Positions 36,527 through 46,495 are shown, counted from the stretch's first letter. The stretch is 64,000 nt of DNA from Minisyncoccia bacterium (GCA_038212075.1 JBBQUV010000001.1:35200-99199), one strand, 5' to 3'. The notes: generated by a model from the letters alone, not told the origin. Program-made: numbers and translations.

Positions 36527-36663
36527 GGATGCCTCCCTGTGCATCAAAAGGTTACATGTTTATTATAATATACTATATATGTAAAGTCAATATTTCAGTA
36601 AAAAAGTCTATGGCGGCTCGGTGCTATACTTTTTACATCACTCTTATTCACTAGCGCACCACT

Positions 36664-37086
36664 ATGCCGGACTTCATTAATCTTTGGGTAATAGGGATTT
36701 CAATGATTCTTTCCGTAGTCCTTGGTTTTATTTGGTACGGTCCATTGTTTGGAAAGAAATGGATGGAACTGTCCGGCATTCCTATGCCGAGCGAAAAACC
36801 ATCTATGAAAATGATGGCAAAACCTATTCTCTTGTCCTTGATTGGTGCCCTCTTTATGAGCTTCGCACTTGTGTCGGTAACCGCGTTTCATAACGCGTAC
36901 TGGGACGTGACCGGCTACGCCGCAGGCCTTTCGTTCGCATTCTTTCTTTGGCTTGGATTTATTGTGCCTCCGTACTTGAATTTTTCTGGATGGGAACAGA
37001 AATCGTGGACGCTCTTCTGCATTAATACCGGCTATTGGCTTGTTCTGCTTTTTGTTATTGCTTCGCTCGCTGTTGTCCTTGGATAG
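36664..37086 (+). CDS. DUF1761-like integral membrane protein
   Basis: 140 aa with four predicted TM helices. Confidence 0.45.
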   Translation: MPDFINLWVIGISMILSVVLGFIWYGPLFGKKWMELSGIPMPSEKPSMKMMAKPILLSLIGALFMSFALVSVTAFHNAYWDVTGYAAGLSFAFFLWLGFIVPPYLNFSGWEQKSWTLFCINTGYWLVLLFVIASLAVVLG

Positions 37087-37101
37087 GGTAGAATTTTAAG
37101 A

Positions 37102-37572
37102 ATGGAGCGGAATAAGGCGATACCTGCGGCGTATCTTTTGCTTGAAAAAGAAGGCAAGTTTCTTATCGCACGACGTTGTAATACTGGATATTCGGACGGG
37201 CAGTATCAGGTGCCTGCAGGGCATGTAGACGCGGGAGAGCTTCCAAGCGAAGCGCTTATTCGTGAAGCAAAAGAGGAGATTGGCATTGCTATAGCTCCTG
37301 AGGACGTGAAGCTGGTGCATGTTTCGTATCGCCCAAAGCACGACAATACGGATAATCGTGTGGATTTTTTCTTTACGGTGCAAAAGTGGGGTGGTGAAGT
37401 GGAAAATAAAGAACCACATAAGTGTGATGATTTGCAGTGGGTGTTGCCTACGGAACTTCCGGAGAACATGACCGCGCATGTGCGTGATGCCTTCGAGTGT
37501 ATTCAAAAAGGAATTATGTATAAAGAGCTGGATCTAGAATTTTTAAAACTGCACGGGCTGTATCGCCCATAA
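37102..37572 (+). CDS. NUDIX hydrolase
   Basis: Nudix box GHVDAGELPSEALIREAKEEIGI. Confidence 0.8.
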   Translation: MERNKAIPAAYLLLEKEGKFLIARRCNTGYSDGQYQVPAGHVDAGELPSEALIREAKEEIGIAIAPEDVKLVHVSYRPKHDNTDNRVDFFFTVQKWGGEVENKEPHKCDDLQWVLPTELPENMTAHVRDAFECIQKGIMYKELDLEFLKLHGLYRP

Positions 37573-37721
37573 CCTGCCTATGCAACAAAAGTACTGGATG
37601 ATTGCGACAATCGTGGGTGCGGTCATTATCGTTGTTGGCGTTATCGCACTTGTCGCTATTCCCGTGTAAGGGTTTGCAACTTTGTACGTCTATAGAGCGT
37701 AATAAGAGTATCGCCAAGGCC

Positions 37722-38195
37722 ATGAAAAAATTCTTCCTCTCATTCGTATTCCTGTTTGCCTTCGGTGCCTATGCGCTTTGGGCATCACAAAACCCTACGA
37801 GCGCTGATACTGTTACAGCGCAAACGACTCCAGTAACTGACCCGGTCACCATACCTATCAATACTCCAGCCACGCCAGTTATAACTCCCATCACTCCGGT
37901 GGCAACAGGAAAATATAAGGATGGTGCCTACACGGGAAGCGTCGCGGATGCGTATTACGGATATATTCAAGTGGAAGCAACGGTGAAAAACGGTGCACTT
38001 GCGGACGTTACTTTTCTTCAATATCCAAACGACCAACGCCAATCGCAATTTATAAACGAGCAAGCGATGCCCTTCTTAAAGAAAGAAGCACTTCAAGCAC
38101 AAAGTGCAAACGTGAGTGGTGTATCGGGCGCAAGCGATACCAGCATAGCGTTTCGCGAGTCGCTTGCCTCAGCACTCGCAAAAGCACACGTATAA
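37722..38195 (+). CDS. FMN-binding domain lipoprotein/secreted protein (ApbE flavinylation substrate)
   Basis: Signal peptide MKKFFLSFVFLFAFGAYA; Thr/Pro linker; FMN_bind-like YKDGAYTGS and flavinylation motif VSGVSGASDTS. Confidence 0.75.
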   Translation: MKKFFLSFVFLFAFGAYALWASQNPTSADTVTAQTTPVTDPVTIPINTPATPVITPITPVATGKYKDGAYTGSVADAYYGYIQVEATVKNGALADVTFLQYPNDQRQSQFINEQAMPFLKKEALQAQSANVSGVSGASDTSIAFRESLASALAKAHV

Positions 38196-38198
38196 GGT

Positions 38199-38945
38199 AT
38201 GCGAGAAATACGCGACATCATGGGAACGCCTGTGTCGGTTGAAATTGTTGACGTGCGCGCAACAAAGGAGCACTACGAACGGGTGTTTGCATATTTTCGT
38301 TCCATCGATGAACAGTTCAGTACCTATAAACAGGGAAGCGAAATTTCTAAAATCAATCGCGGAGACATTCAGTCGGCTGAGTACAGCCGACTGATGAAAG
38401 AAGTGTTTGAAAAAGCAGAAAACACCAAACAAGAAACAGCTGGTTATTTTGATATCGCCACGCCATCGGGCGCTATTGACCCTTCTGGGCTCGTGAAGGG
38501 TTGGGCGGTACAGAATGCGGCAGAACTCATTCGCGCCATGGGCTTTGATAATTTTTACGTAGAAGCGGGTGGTGATATTCAAACATCGGGTGTTTCGCAA
38601 GACGGTACACCGTGGTCACTTGGTATTAGAAACCCATTTACTCAAACCGAAATTGTAAAGGTGGTGTATCCAAAGGGGCGTGGTGTTGCAACGTCTGGCA
38701 CCTATATTCGCGGCGAACATATGTATGATCCTCATACTGGTATAGAACCCATGCACGACATAGTGAGCTTTACGGTGATTGGTCCAAACGTGTACGAAGC
38801 TGATCGGTTTGCAACCGCCGCGTTTGTAATGGGTACACGTGGCATTGAATTTGTTGAAAATCGCATCGGTTTTGAAGGGTATGCTATTCATCTTGATAAA
38901 ACAGCAACCGTAACCAGTGGATTTGAGACGTATACAACGCCATGA
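38199..38945 (+). CDS. apbE: FAD:protein FMN transferase (ApbE family)
   Basis: 248 aa with ApbE family patterns (MGTPVSVEI, GAIDPSGLVKGWAV, YVEAGGDI, VATSGTY). Confidence 0.8.
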   Translation: MREIRDIMGTPVSVEIVDVRATKEHYERVFAYFRSIDEQFSTYKQGSEISKINRGDIQSAEYSRLMKEVFEKAENTKQETAGYFDIATPSGAIDPSGLVKGWAVQNAAELIRAMGFDNFYVEAGGDIQTSGVSQDGTPWSLGIRNPFTQTEIVKVVYPKGRGVATSGTYIRGEHMYDPHTGIEPMHDIVSFTVIGPNVYEADRFATAAFVMGTRGIEFVENRIGFEGYAIHLDKTATVTSGFETYTTP

Positions 38946-39928
38946 TTACGGTTATTGATTCCATTCTAAATCGCATAACGATGTATCGGCTCGTGCTGTA
39001 CGAACTTTTATTTCTCGTTGCGAGCGCATGCGCGCTTGGTTTCTTTGGGGTTATAGCGTATAGCCCAGCGGCACTTCTATATTCGGGCGGTGTTATTTTC
39101 TTTACGGCATGGATAGCAAATGAAATCTTTGCGTATTTTTTTGACGCGCCAAGTAATCCTGAATCAACGTATCTGACCGCGCTGATTTTAGTGCTTATTA
39201 TTACGCCTCCACACACGCTGTATGACATAGCGTTCCTGAGTATCGCAATTCCTGCCGCGCTACTTGCTGTTGCCTCAAAGTACGTAGTTGCTATTCACAA
39301 AAAACATATTTTCAACCCAGCGGCATTCGGCGTTGCAGGAACAGCACTTCTGCTTGGCAGTGCGGCAAGTTGGTGGATTGGAACACCATGGATGATTCCT
39401 TCCGTGCTTGTTGGTGGGCTTCTTGTTGTGCGTAAATTGCGCCGCTTTGATTTATTTTTTGCATACCTCGCCGCATTTCTCGTGGGACTTTTTGCGTTCA
39501 ACTATCAGAAAAGTCTTTATCTTATTGCCACCATCACCATTCCGCACGCGCTCTTCTATGCTCCAGTGTTCTTCTTTGCAACCGTAATGCTCACCGAACC
39601 ACTTACGATGCCGCATACGAAGTGGTTGCGTGTTGCGTATGGGGCACTTATTGGACTTCTGTTTGTGCCACAAGTACATATTGGCTCGTGGTACTTAACG
39701 CCGGAACTAGCACTTCTCTTTGGAAACGTCTTTGCCTACATAGTAAGTCCGAAGGAAAAACTGATATTGACGCTTTTAAAGAAAATTCGTATTTCGCATT
39801 CGGTATATGAGTTTGTGTTTGCAAACCCGTACCCACTTCTTTTTTCAGCAGGGCAATATTTAGAGTGGACACTGCCGCACACAAGCCCCGATGCTCAAGG
39901 ACATCCGGCTTGGCGTGAAATTTTATGA
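38942..39928 (+). CDS. RnfD/NqrB-like polytopic membrane protein (putative flavinylated subunit) with the start of an FAD-binding segment at its C-terminus
   Basis: Motifs KKHIFNPAAFG (compare RnfD GQNPFNPAM) and FFFATVMLTEPLT (compare the RnfD SGAT...LTDPVT flavinylation region); C-terminal GQYLEWTLPHTSPDAQGHP resembles an FAD_binding_8 start. Confidence 0.6.
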   Translation: MITVIDSILNRITMYRLVLYELLFLVASACALGFFGVIAYSPAALLYSGGVIFFTAWIANEIFAYFFDAPSNPESTYLTALILVLIITPPHTLYDIAFLSIAIPAALLAVASKYVVAIHKKHIFNPAAFGVAGTALLLGSAASWWIGTPWMIPSVLVGGLLVVRKLRRFDLFFAYLAAFLVGLFAFNYQKSLYLIATITIPHALFYAPVFFFATVMLTEPLTMPHTKWLRVAYGALIGLLFVPQVHIGSWYLTPELALLFGNVFAYIVSPKEKLILTLLKKIRISHSVYEFVFANPYPLLFSAGQYLEWTLPHTSPDAQGHPAWREIL

Positions 39929-40406
39929 ACCATCGAGCACGTTTAAAAAACAACTGTTTGGAATGAAAACAGGAGCCCGCGTGGTGGCCTCACAGCTTTC
40001 CGGCGATTTTACTTTACCTAAAGACACAAACGAAAAACTGGTATTCATCGCAGGCGGTATTGGCGTAACACCGTTTAGAAGTATGGTGCGGCATTTGCTC
40101 GATACTGGTGAAAAGCGAGACATTGTTATGCTGTATGCCAATAGAATCAGTAGCGATGTTGCGTATCGGGAAGTGTTTCAAGAAGCGGAGCGCGTTTTTG
40201 GAACAAAAACAGTGTATGTTTCGGGCGATGGTAACCCATCACGCATTGACGCGGCACTCATTATGCATGAAGTCCCAGATTTTAGTGAACGTATGTTCTA
40301 TATTTCAGGCCCTCAAGCAATGGTAACCAGCATGGCACACACGCTGATCGATATGGGTATCCATCGTTCTCGTATCAAAAAAGATTACTTCCCTGGATTT
40401 GCGTAA
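39891..40406 (+). CDS. ferredoxin-reductase-like NAD(P)-binding domain protein (possibly the C-terminal part of the preceding gene via a frameshift)
   Basis: LVFIAGGIGVTPFRSM NAD-binding Rossmann motif; overlaps the preceding ORF by 38 nt in a different frame. Confidence 0.6.
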   Translation: MLKDIRLGVKFYEPSSTFKKQLFGMKTGARVVASQLSGDFTLPKDTNEKLVFIAGGIGVTPFRSMVRHLLDTGEKRDIVMLYANRISSDVAYREVFQEAERVFGTKTVYVSGDGNPSRIDAALIMHEVPDFSERMFYISGPQAMVTSMAHTLIDMGIHRSRIKKDYFPGFA

Positions 40407-40418
40407 AAGACGGAGATA

Positions 40419-40718
40419 GTGCATCCGCCCACGCCAAGTTATACTCCGCGTATGGACGACTTCTTGAAGATGGATATTTTCTTTTTTGTGGCGACCGTTG
40501 CTGTCGTTGTGGTAAGCGCCTGTGCCGCTCTTGTGCTTTGGCGGCTTCAAAGAATTCTCAGACACATTGAGCATATTTCAGGACAAATTTCTGCGGAGAG
40601 TGAAGCTATTCGACTTGATATTGCCGATATGCGTACTGACGTGCGTTCCAAGGGATTGATACGCTCTCTTTCTCATTTTTTGATAAAAGCAAAAAAGCGA
40701 TCAGATGAAGCATCTTAA
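40419..40718 (+). CDS. small membrane protein, hypothetical
   Basis: 99 aa, one TM helix; the start is uncertain (possible internal Met). Confidence 0.35.
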   Translation: MHPPTPSYTPRMDDFLKMDIFFFVATVAVVVVSACAALVLWRLQRILRHIEHISGQISAESEAIRLDIADMRTDVRSKGLIRSLSHFLIKAKKRSDEAS

Positions 40719-40754
40719 TGTAATGTTCATGATGGGGCGTGTAGGATAGAGCAT

Positions 40755-41141
40755 ATGACAAAAAATAAAAAGAATCAGGATGTCGTTAGGGCGGCGGAAA
40801 TAGGGGCTGGTATTGTTGCTATTGGGGCGGCCGCGGCGGCGGGATACTATTTTTATGCAACTAAGGATGCAAAAACGCATAGAAAAGAGCTATCGTCATG
40901 GGCGTCGGGTTTAAAGAAAGAAGTTATACGAGAAGTAAAAAAACTTAAAACAATGGATGCAGAATCTGTTGCGCACGCCATTGATTCCGCTGTTGCAACT
41001 TATGAAGGTGTGCGTTCTATTAAGCGAGCAGATGTGAACCGTGCCGCCCGTGAACTTAAAACAAACTGGCAGAAAGTTAAACAGGAAGCGGTGAAGGACG
41101 CGCCAAAACGTCGAACACCCGCAAAAGCAAAAAAGAAGTAA
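40755..41141 (+). CDS. hypothetical membrane-anchored protein with a Lys-rich tail
   Basis: 128 aa with an Ala/Gly-rich TM helix. Confidence 0.4.
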   Translation: MTKNKKNQDVVRAAEIGAGIVAIGAAAAAGYYFYATKDAKTHRKELSSWASGLKKEVIREVKKLKTMDAESVAHAIDSAVATYEGVRSIKRADVNRAARELKTNWQKVKQEAVKDAPKRRTPAKAKKK

Positions 41142-41188
41142 TACACGGACCTTTTCGAGTTCTGCGACGCTTTGGTATACTAAAAGAC

Positions 41189-42241
41189 GTGAATCGCATT
41201 TTTGCCGTACTCCTCCTCCTTACGCCCCTTGCGGTTGTTGCTGAATACCTGGGGTGGTCGCCTCTTGCTATCTTCCTTATATCTGCCGTGGCAATTATTC
41301 CGATTGCCAAATATATTGGGGACGCGACCGAAGAGCTTGCCGCCCGCGCAGGACCCGCAGTGGGAGGACTTCTGAATGCAACCTTTGGAAACGCCACCGA
41401 GCTCATCATTGGCTTGTTCGCCCTTCAAGCAGGACTTGTGGAAGTGGTGAAGGCGTCTATTACCGGTTCCATCATTGGCAACTTGTTGTTTGTGCTTGGA
41501 ACAGCAATGCTCGTGGGTGGGTGGGGAAGAGAACGTCAGCACTTTAATGCAACCGGCGCAAAGGCGCAGGGCTCAATGCTTCTTCTGGCGACAACGGCGC
41601 TGGTTATTCCGGCAATTTTTGTGTTTACTGCCGACGGTGGAAGCGACGTTACGGTTGAATACCTTTCTATCTTTGTTGCCGCGCTGATGATCTTGGGATA
41701 TTTCGCCAGCTTGTTGTTTACGCTCCACACCCACAAGCATTTGTTTTTGTATCAAGAAGAAGAACGCGTGACCGCTCCACACTGGAGTCTAACTAAAAGT
41801 CTTGTGGTGCTTTTTTTCGCCACTATTGGTGCCGCTGTGGTGAGCGAAATACTGGTCGGTGCCATTCGCCCCTTGATTGAGATTTTTGGGTGGACGGAGT
41901 TGTTCATCGGTGTAATCGTCGTTGCTATTGTTGGCAATGCCGCCGAGCACCTTTCTGCGATTACTGCGGCGAAAAAAGGACGCATGGACCTTGCACTTCA
42001 AATTTCTATTGGTTCGGCGTCGCAAATCGTGATGTTTGTCGCGCCGGTATTGGTACTGGTAAGCCTCTTTTTCGTACAGCCGATGAATCTTATTTTCAAT
42101 CTGTTTGAAATCATTGCTATTATTTTTGCGGTGTTTGTTACCAACTCCGTTATTGAAGACGGTGAGAGTACGTGGTTTGAAGGTTCGCAACTTTTAATCG
42201 CCTACGTGATTATGGCTGTAGCATTCTTTTTCCACCCATAA
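41189..42241 (+). CDS. Ca2+/H+ antiporter (CaCA family)
   Basis: Two alpha repeats, GNATELIIG and GNAAEHLSAI. Confidence 0.8.
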   Translation: MNRIFAVLLLLTPLAVVAEYLGWSPLAIFLISAVAIIPIAKYIGDATEELAARAGPAVGGLLNATFGNATELIIGLFALQAGLVEVVKASITGSIIGNLLFVLGTAMLVGGWGRERQHFNATGAKAQGSMLLLATTALVIPAIFVFTADGGSDVTVEYLSIFVAALMILGYFASLLFTLHTHKHLFLYQEEERVTAPHWSLTKSLVVLFFATIGAAVVSEILVGAIRPLIEIFGWTELFIGVIVVAIVGNAAEHLSAITAAKKGRMDLALQISIGSASQIVMFVAPVLVLVSLFFVQPMNLIFNLFEIIAIIFAVFVTNSVIEDGESTWFEGSQLLIAYVIMAVAFFFHP

Positions 42242-42244
42242 CCT

Positions 42245-44164
42245 ATGAGGGCTCTTGTTCACCATTCAAGTAAAAGTGTCCGACGCATACACGCGTTGAA
42301 AATGGTTGAATCATTTTTTGATGACTCGCTCGGTTCCGAATCGCGCCGTGCATGGGTTGTTCTCATTGCTATCGCGATTACGCTTATCGCGTATCTTTTT
42401 GTACCGACACTAAAACCCCTTTTGTATGTGGTCGCGATTATTGGCGTCCTTCCAACCGCAATTGAGGCGGTGCGCTCTACTGGTGAGGCGCGTATTTCCA
42501 TAGATACATTTAATGCGTTTGCGGTGGCGGCGTCACTGCTTGCTGGCCAACCTTCTTCTGCGGCGTTTATTGACTTGATGCTCTTATCGGCGTCACTTCT
42601 TGATATTTTCACCACTCAGCGTTCAAATCGCGCAACAGAAAAACTGCTTCGTATGAAGCCAACGCGCGCCACGCGAGAAACGTCTGCGGGTGCACTTGAA
42701 GACGTTCGTGTCGCTGAGCTTCGTACTGGTGACGTCGTAGTAGTGAAGGGTGGCGATCAAGTTCCTGTAGACGGTGTCATTACGTTTGGGGAAGGTTCAT
42801 TTAACGAAGCTTCACTCACGGGAGAATCTGCGCTTGTACACAAGCGCATTGGCGATCATGTGGTGAGCGGTACGTTAAATGAATCAGGAACCGTAAAAGT
42901 TCGCGCAACCGCCGTGGGCAAAGACTCCACGATTGAACGAATGGCAGAACTTATTCATTCCGCCGGTACGAATAAATCAAGCCCGGAACGTCTTGCCGAC
43001 AAATTCGCTGGTATCTTTTTGCCCGCAGTAGGTCTTGGTGGACTTATTGCATATCTGGTGACCGGAAATTTGACGATGACCATCGCTCTCTTTTTGGTGG
43101 CGTGCGCCGACGACATTGCGGTAGCGATTCCGCTTGCGATTACGGCGGCAATTGGGCAGTCGTCTCGTATGGGTGTGCTTGCAAAGGGCGGGGAACGATT
43201 GGACGAAATGGGGAGTATCACCACGCTCGTGCTTGATAAAACAGGAACGCTTACCTACGGTTCACGAAAAGTGAGTGCGGTAGAAATTGCTGATGGTATT
43301 GAAGAAAAAGAATTTTGGGCAACCGTTGGTGTCGCTGAAAAGTTTTCAGAACAACCAATAGGGCGTGCTCTTTTTGCTGAAGCGTGTGCTCGCGCGGGCG
43401 GCACGTGTCCTGATCCCGATTCATTTGATGCGGTTACCGGAAGCGGCATAAAGGCAAGGGCACATGGTCATGCTGTTATCATTGGCTCTCGAGTATTTCT
43501 CACTAGTTTGAAAATAAAACTTCCTGCTGAAACAGAAGACGCTGGTGGCAGTGCGATTTTCGTTGCGTTTGATAAAAAATACGCCGGCACCATTACGCTT
43601 GCTGATGTTCCGCGCACAGAAGCAAAAGAAGCACTCGCGCGTCTTCGCGCGCTCGGAGTGAAAACAGTAATGTTCACTGGAGATTCAGAACCGGTTGCGC
43701 GCGCAATTGGCGCGGCTCTTGGTATTGATGAAGTGCGTGCGCATATGGCACCTGAAGACAAATTGAAGGGTATTGAAGAACTTATGGCGAAAGGAGAAAA
43801 AGTGGGTGTTGTGGGTGATGGGGTGAATGATGCTCCCGCGCTTGCGCGTGCAGACGTTGGCATCGCTATGGGCGGCACCGGTATGGCGGTAACGGTAGAA
43901 GCGGCAGATATCGTTATTCTTACGGATAATTTGGATCGCATTGCAGACGTGATCACGCTTGCGCGCCGCACTCGCTCCGTGGTGTACGGCGACATGGTTA
44001 TTTGGGTCATTACGAACCTTGTTGGCTTCGCCTTGGTGTTTGCCGGAATTCTTGGACCCGTGCTTGCGGCGGTGTACAACTTCGCCACGGACTTTTTACC
44101 GCTTATGAATTCCGCCCGACTGTTCTCTCGCGGAAGGGTTCCGCACAATACGCGTAAAGCGTAA
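42245..44164 (+). CDS. cation-transporting P-type ATPase (P1B-like, no N-terminal metal-binding domain)
   Basis: DKTGTLT phosphorylation site, GDGVNDAPAL hinge, TGES-like actuator (LTGES). No CPC motif was seen (ACADD in the TM). Confidence 0.8.
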   Translation: MRALVHHSSKSVRRIHALKMVESFFDDSLGSESRRAWVVLIAIAITLIAYLFVPTLKPLLYVVAIIGVLPTAIEAVRSTGEARISIDTFNAFAVAASLLAGQPSSAAFIDLMLLSASLLDIFTTQRSNRATEKLLRMKPTRATRETSAGALEDVRVAELRTGDVVVVKGGDQVPVDGVITFGEGSFNEASLTGESALVHKRIGDHVVSGTLNESGTVKVRATAVGKDSTIERMAELIHSAGTNKSSPERLADKFAGIFLPAVGLGGLIAYLVTGNLTMTIALFLVACADDIAVAIPLAITAAIGQSSRMGVLAKGGERLDEMGSITTLVLDKTGTLTYGSRKVSAVEIADGIEEKEFWATVGVAEKFSEQPIGRALFAEACARAGGTCPDPDSFDAVTGSGIKARAHGHAVIIGSRVFLTSLKIKLPAETEDAGGSAIFVAFDKKYAGTITLADVPRTEAKEALARLRALGVKTVMFTGDSEPVARAIGAALGIDEVRAHMAPEDKLKGIEELMAKGEKVGVVGDGVNDAPALARADVGIAMGGTGMAVTVEAADIVILTDNLDRIADVITLARRTRSVVYGDMVIWVITNLVGFALVFAGILGPVLAAVYNFATDFLPLMNSARLFSRGRVPHNTRKA

Positions 44165-44206
44165 CCGCTGGTCTGCGGGGTTGGTTTATGTTACATTGCG
44201 CCCGCA

Positions 44207-45202
44207 ATGGCTGATTCATACGAATCCCAGCTTATCGACCTGCGTGCGGGCAGGGACGTCTCCTTTTTCGACCTTTTGTCTATAGATCAGCTCACCAAGG
44301 CCGATATACGGCTTATTTTTGAACTTGCCCATGGCTTTAAGGAAGCGGGCACTGCAAAAATGACTCTCTGCAAAGGCCGTTCCCAAGTGAACGCCTTTTT
44401 TGAATCCTCAACACGTACGATGGCAAGTTTTGACCTCGCGGCGAAGAATTTGGGTATGGATACCACCAGCATTTCTTCCACCGGTTCCTCTACAAAAAAA
44501 GGCGAAAGCTTTATTGATACGGTTGAAACGGTTTCGGCATATGGACTTGCAACACTCGTGGTGCGCACCGCGCAGTCAGGCGCACCAGAATTTGCGGCGC
44601 GTCATATTGCCGCGGCGGTGATAAATGCTGGAGACGGATGGCACGAACACCCCACTCAAGGACTTTTGGATGCGATGACGATGCTTGAAGCATTCGGCAC
44701 TAAAGATTTGTCCGGAAAAATTATTACGATAGTAGGTGACATCACGCATTCGCGCGTGTTTGGTTCTCTGGTGCGTATTGTGAAAAAACTCGACGGGAAA
44801 GTGCGTATTGCCGCACCGGAAACATTTCTTCCAGATTTTGTAGAAAAGTTTGGTGTCGCGGTATACACCAACGTTGAAGACGCGCTGAAAGATGCCGATG
44901 TCGTATACGCGCTTCGTGTACAGGAAGAGCGAGGTGCAAAAGGGTACATTCCTACCATGCGTGAGTATTCAAAAACATTTGGTATTTCTGCCGCCCGCCT
45001 TGCACTTGCAAAGCCTACGGCAATTTTGATGCATCCTGGGCCCGTGATGCGCGACATTGATGTGCACTCCGCACTTGTGGCACGGCACCCCCAATCGCGT
45101 ATTTTGGAGCAAGTAAAAAATGGCTTTGCGGTGCGCAAAGCGATTTTGTGGTTGCTTGCTGAACGCTACGACCAAAAAAAGAAAACTTACACCACGATAT
45201 GA
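44207..45202 (+). CDS. pyrB: aspartate carbamoyltransferase catalytic subunit
   Basis: STRT, HPTQGLLD and HPGP motifs; adjacent to pyrC. Confidence 0.8.
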   Translation: MADSYESQLIDLRAGRDVSFFDLLSIDQLTKADIRLIFELAHGFKEAGTAKMTLCKGRSQVNAFFESSTRTMASFDLAAKNLGMDTTSISSTGSSTKKGESFIDTVETVSAYGLATLVVRTAQSGAPEFAARHIAAAVINAGDGWHEHPTQGLLDAMTMLEAFGTKDLSGKIITIVGDITHSRVFGSLVRIVKKLDGKVRIAAPETFLPDFVEKFGVAVYTNVEDALKDADVVYALRVQEERGAKGYIPTMREYSKTFGISAARLALAKPTAILMHPGPVMRDIDVHSALVARHPQSRILEQVKNGFAVRKAILWLLAERYDQKKKTYTTI

Positions 45203-46491
45203 GCTCACTACTTATTAAAGGAGGGCGCATTGTAGATCCGGCTTCACGCAAGGATACTATTGGTGACATCTTTGTGGTTGACGGTGTTATTCGCAAAATC
45301 GGAAAACTAAAAGAAAAAGCCGACGAAGTAATTAATGCGAAGGGGCTTATTGTTACACCCGGGCTTGTTGATATGCACGTGCATTTTCGTGAACCGGGGC
45401 GTGAAGACCAAGAAACCATTTTAACTGGCTCGCGTGCGGCACTTGCTGGTGGAGTGACTTCGGTTGCTACTATGCCGAACACAAATCCTATTGCTGACAA
45501 CCAAGCGGTCATTGAATTTATGGTGAATCGCGCCAAAGAGCTTCGACTCGTGAATGTGTTTCCGGTTGGTGCGACCACGAAAAAAACAGAAGGTGATTTA
45601 CTTTCGGAAATGTGGGAAATGAAGCGTTCGGGCGCCGTCGCCGTTACGGACGACGGTGTGGACGTGGAGAACGGAGGACTTCTTTTGAAAGCACTTGAAT
45701 ATGCAAAAACGCACGATTTGTTGGTGATGAGTCACTGCGAGACAGAAGAACTTGCTGATGGTGGAGTAATGCATGAAGGATGGGTTTCAACCGACATGGG
45801 ACTTCCTGGATTGCCCGAAGTTGCGGAAGATTTGGCGGCGCATAAAAGCATTTTGCTCGCGCGCCGAAGCGGCGCGCGCGTGCATCTTACGCACCTTTCA
45901 ACAAAAGGTGCCGTGATGGCAGTACGTGATGCAAAAAAATCAGGAATGAAAAACGTGACTGCAGATGTTTCTATACAGCACGCCGTGCTTACAGACGAGG
46001 AATGTCGCGGATACAATACGAATGCGAAGATGTATCCGCCGCTCCGCTCCGACGATCACGTGAAAGCGATTGTCGCAGGTATCAAAAATGGCACGGTAGA
46101 TGCGATTACCACTGACCACGCGCCGCACATTGAACCAGATAAAATTAAACCGTTTGTAGATGCGGCGCGTGGTACGGTGGGGCTTGAAACGAGCTTTGCG
46201 GCACTCTACACGTATTTGGTAAAACCAAAACACATTACGTTGTCCGAAGGTATTGCACTTATGACCTACAAACCTGCCCGTATTCTTGGGCAGAAAAAAG
46301 GAACACTTGCGGTGGGCGCAGACGCGGATATCGCACTATTTGATATTAAGAAAGAATGGAAGGTAGACCCCACGAAGTTTTATTCCAAAGGCAAAAACTC
46401 TGTGTTTGCAGGGAAGAAGCTTATCGGAAAAGCAGTGCACACCATCGTCGCTGGAGAAATAAAAATGAAAGACGGCAAGGTGCTATCCTAA
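45199..46491 (+). CDS. pyrC: dihydroorotase
   Basis: GLVDMHVHFREPG metal-binding motif and an amidohydrolase fold. Confidence 0.85.
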   Translation: MSSLLIKGGRIVDPASRKDTIGDIFVVDGVIRKIGKLKEKADEVINAKGLIVTPGLVDMHVHFREPGREDQETILTGSRAALAGGVTSVATMPNTNPIADNQAVIEFMVNRAKELRLVNVFPVGATTKKTEGDLLSEMWEMKRSGAVAVTDDGVDVENGGLLLKALEYAKTHDLLVMSHCETEELADGGVMHEGWVSTDMGLPGLPEVAEDLAAHKSILLARRSGARVHLTHLSTKGAVMAVRDAKKSGMKNVTADVSIQHAVLTDEECRGYNTNAKMYPPLRSDDHVKAIVAGIKNGTVDAITTDHAPHIEPDKIKPFVDAARGTVGLETSFAALYTYLVKPKHITLSEGIALMTYKPARILGQKKGTLAVGADADIALFDIKKEWKVDPTKFYSKGKNSVFAGKKLIGKAVHTIVAGEIKMKDGKVLS

Positions 46492-46495
46492 CCAT

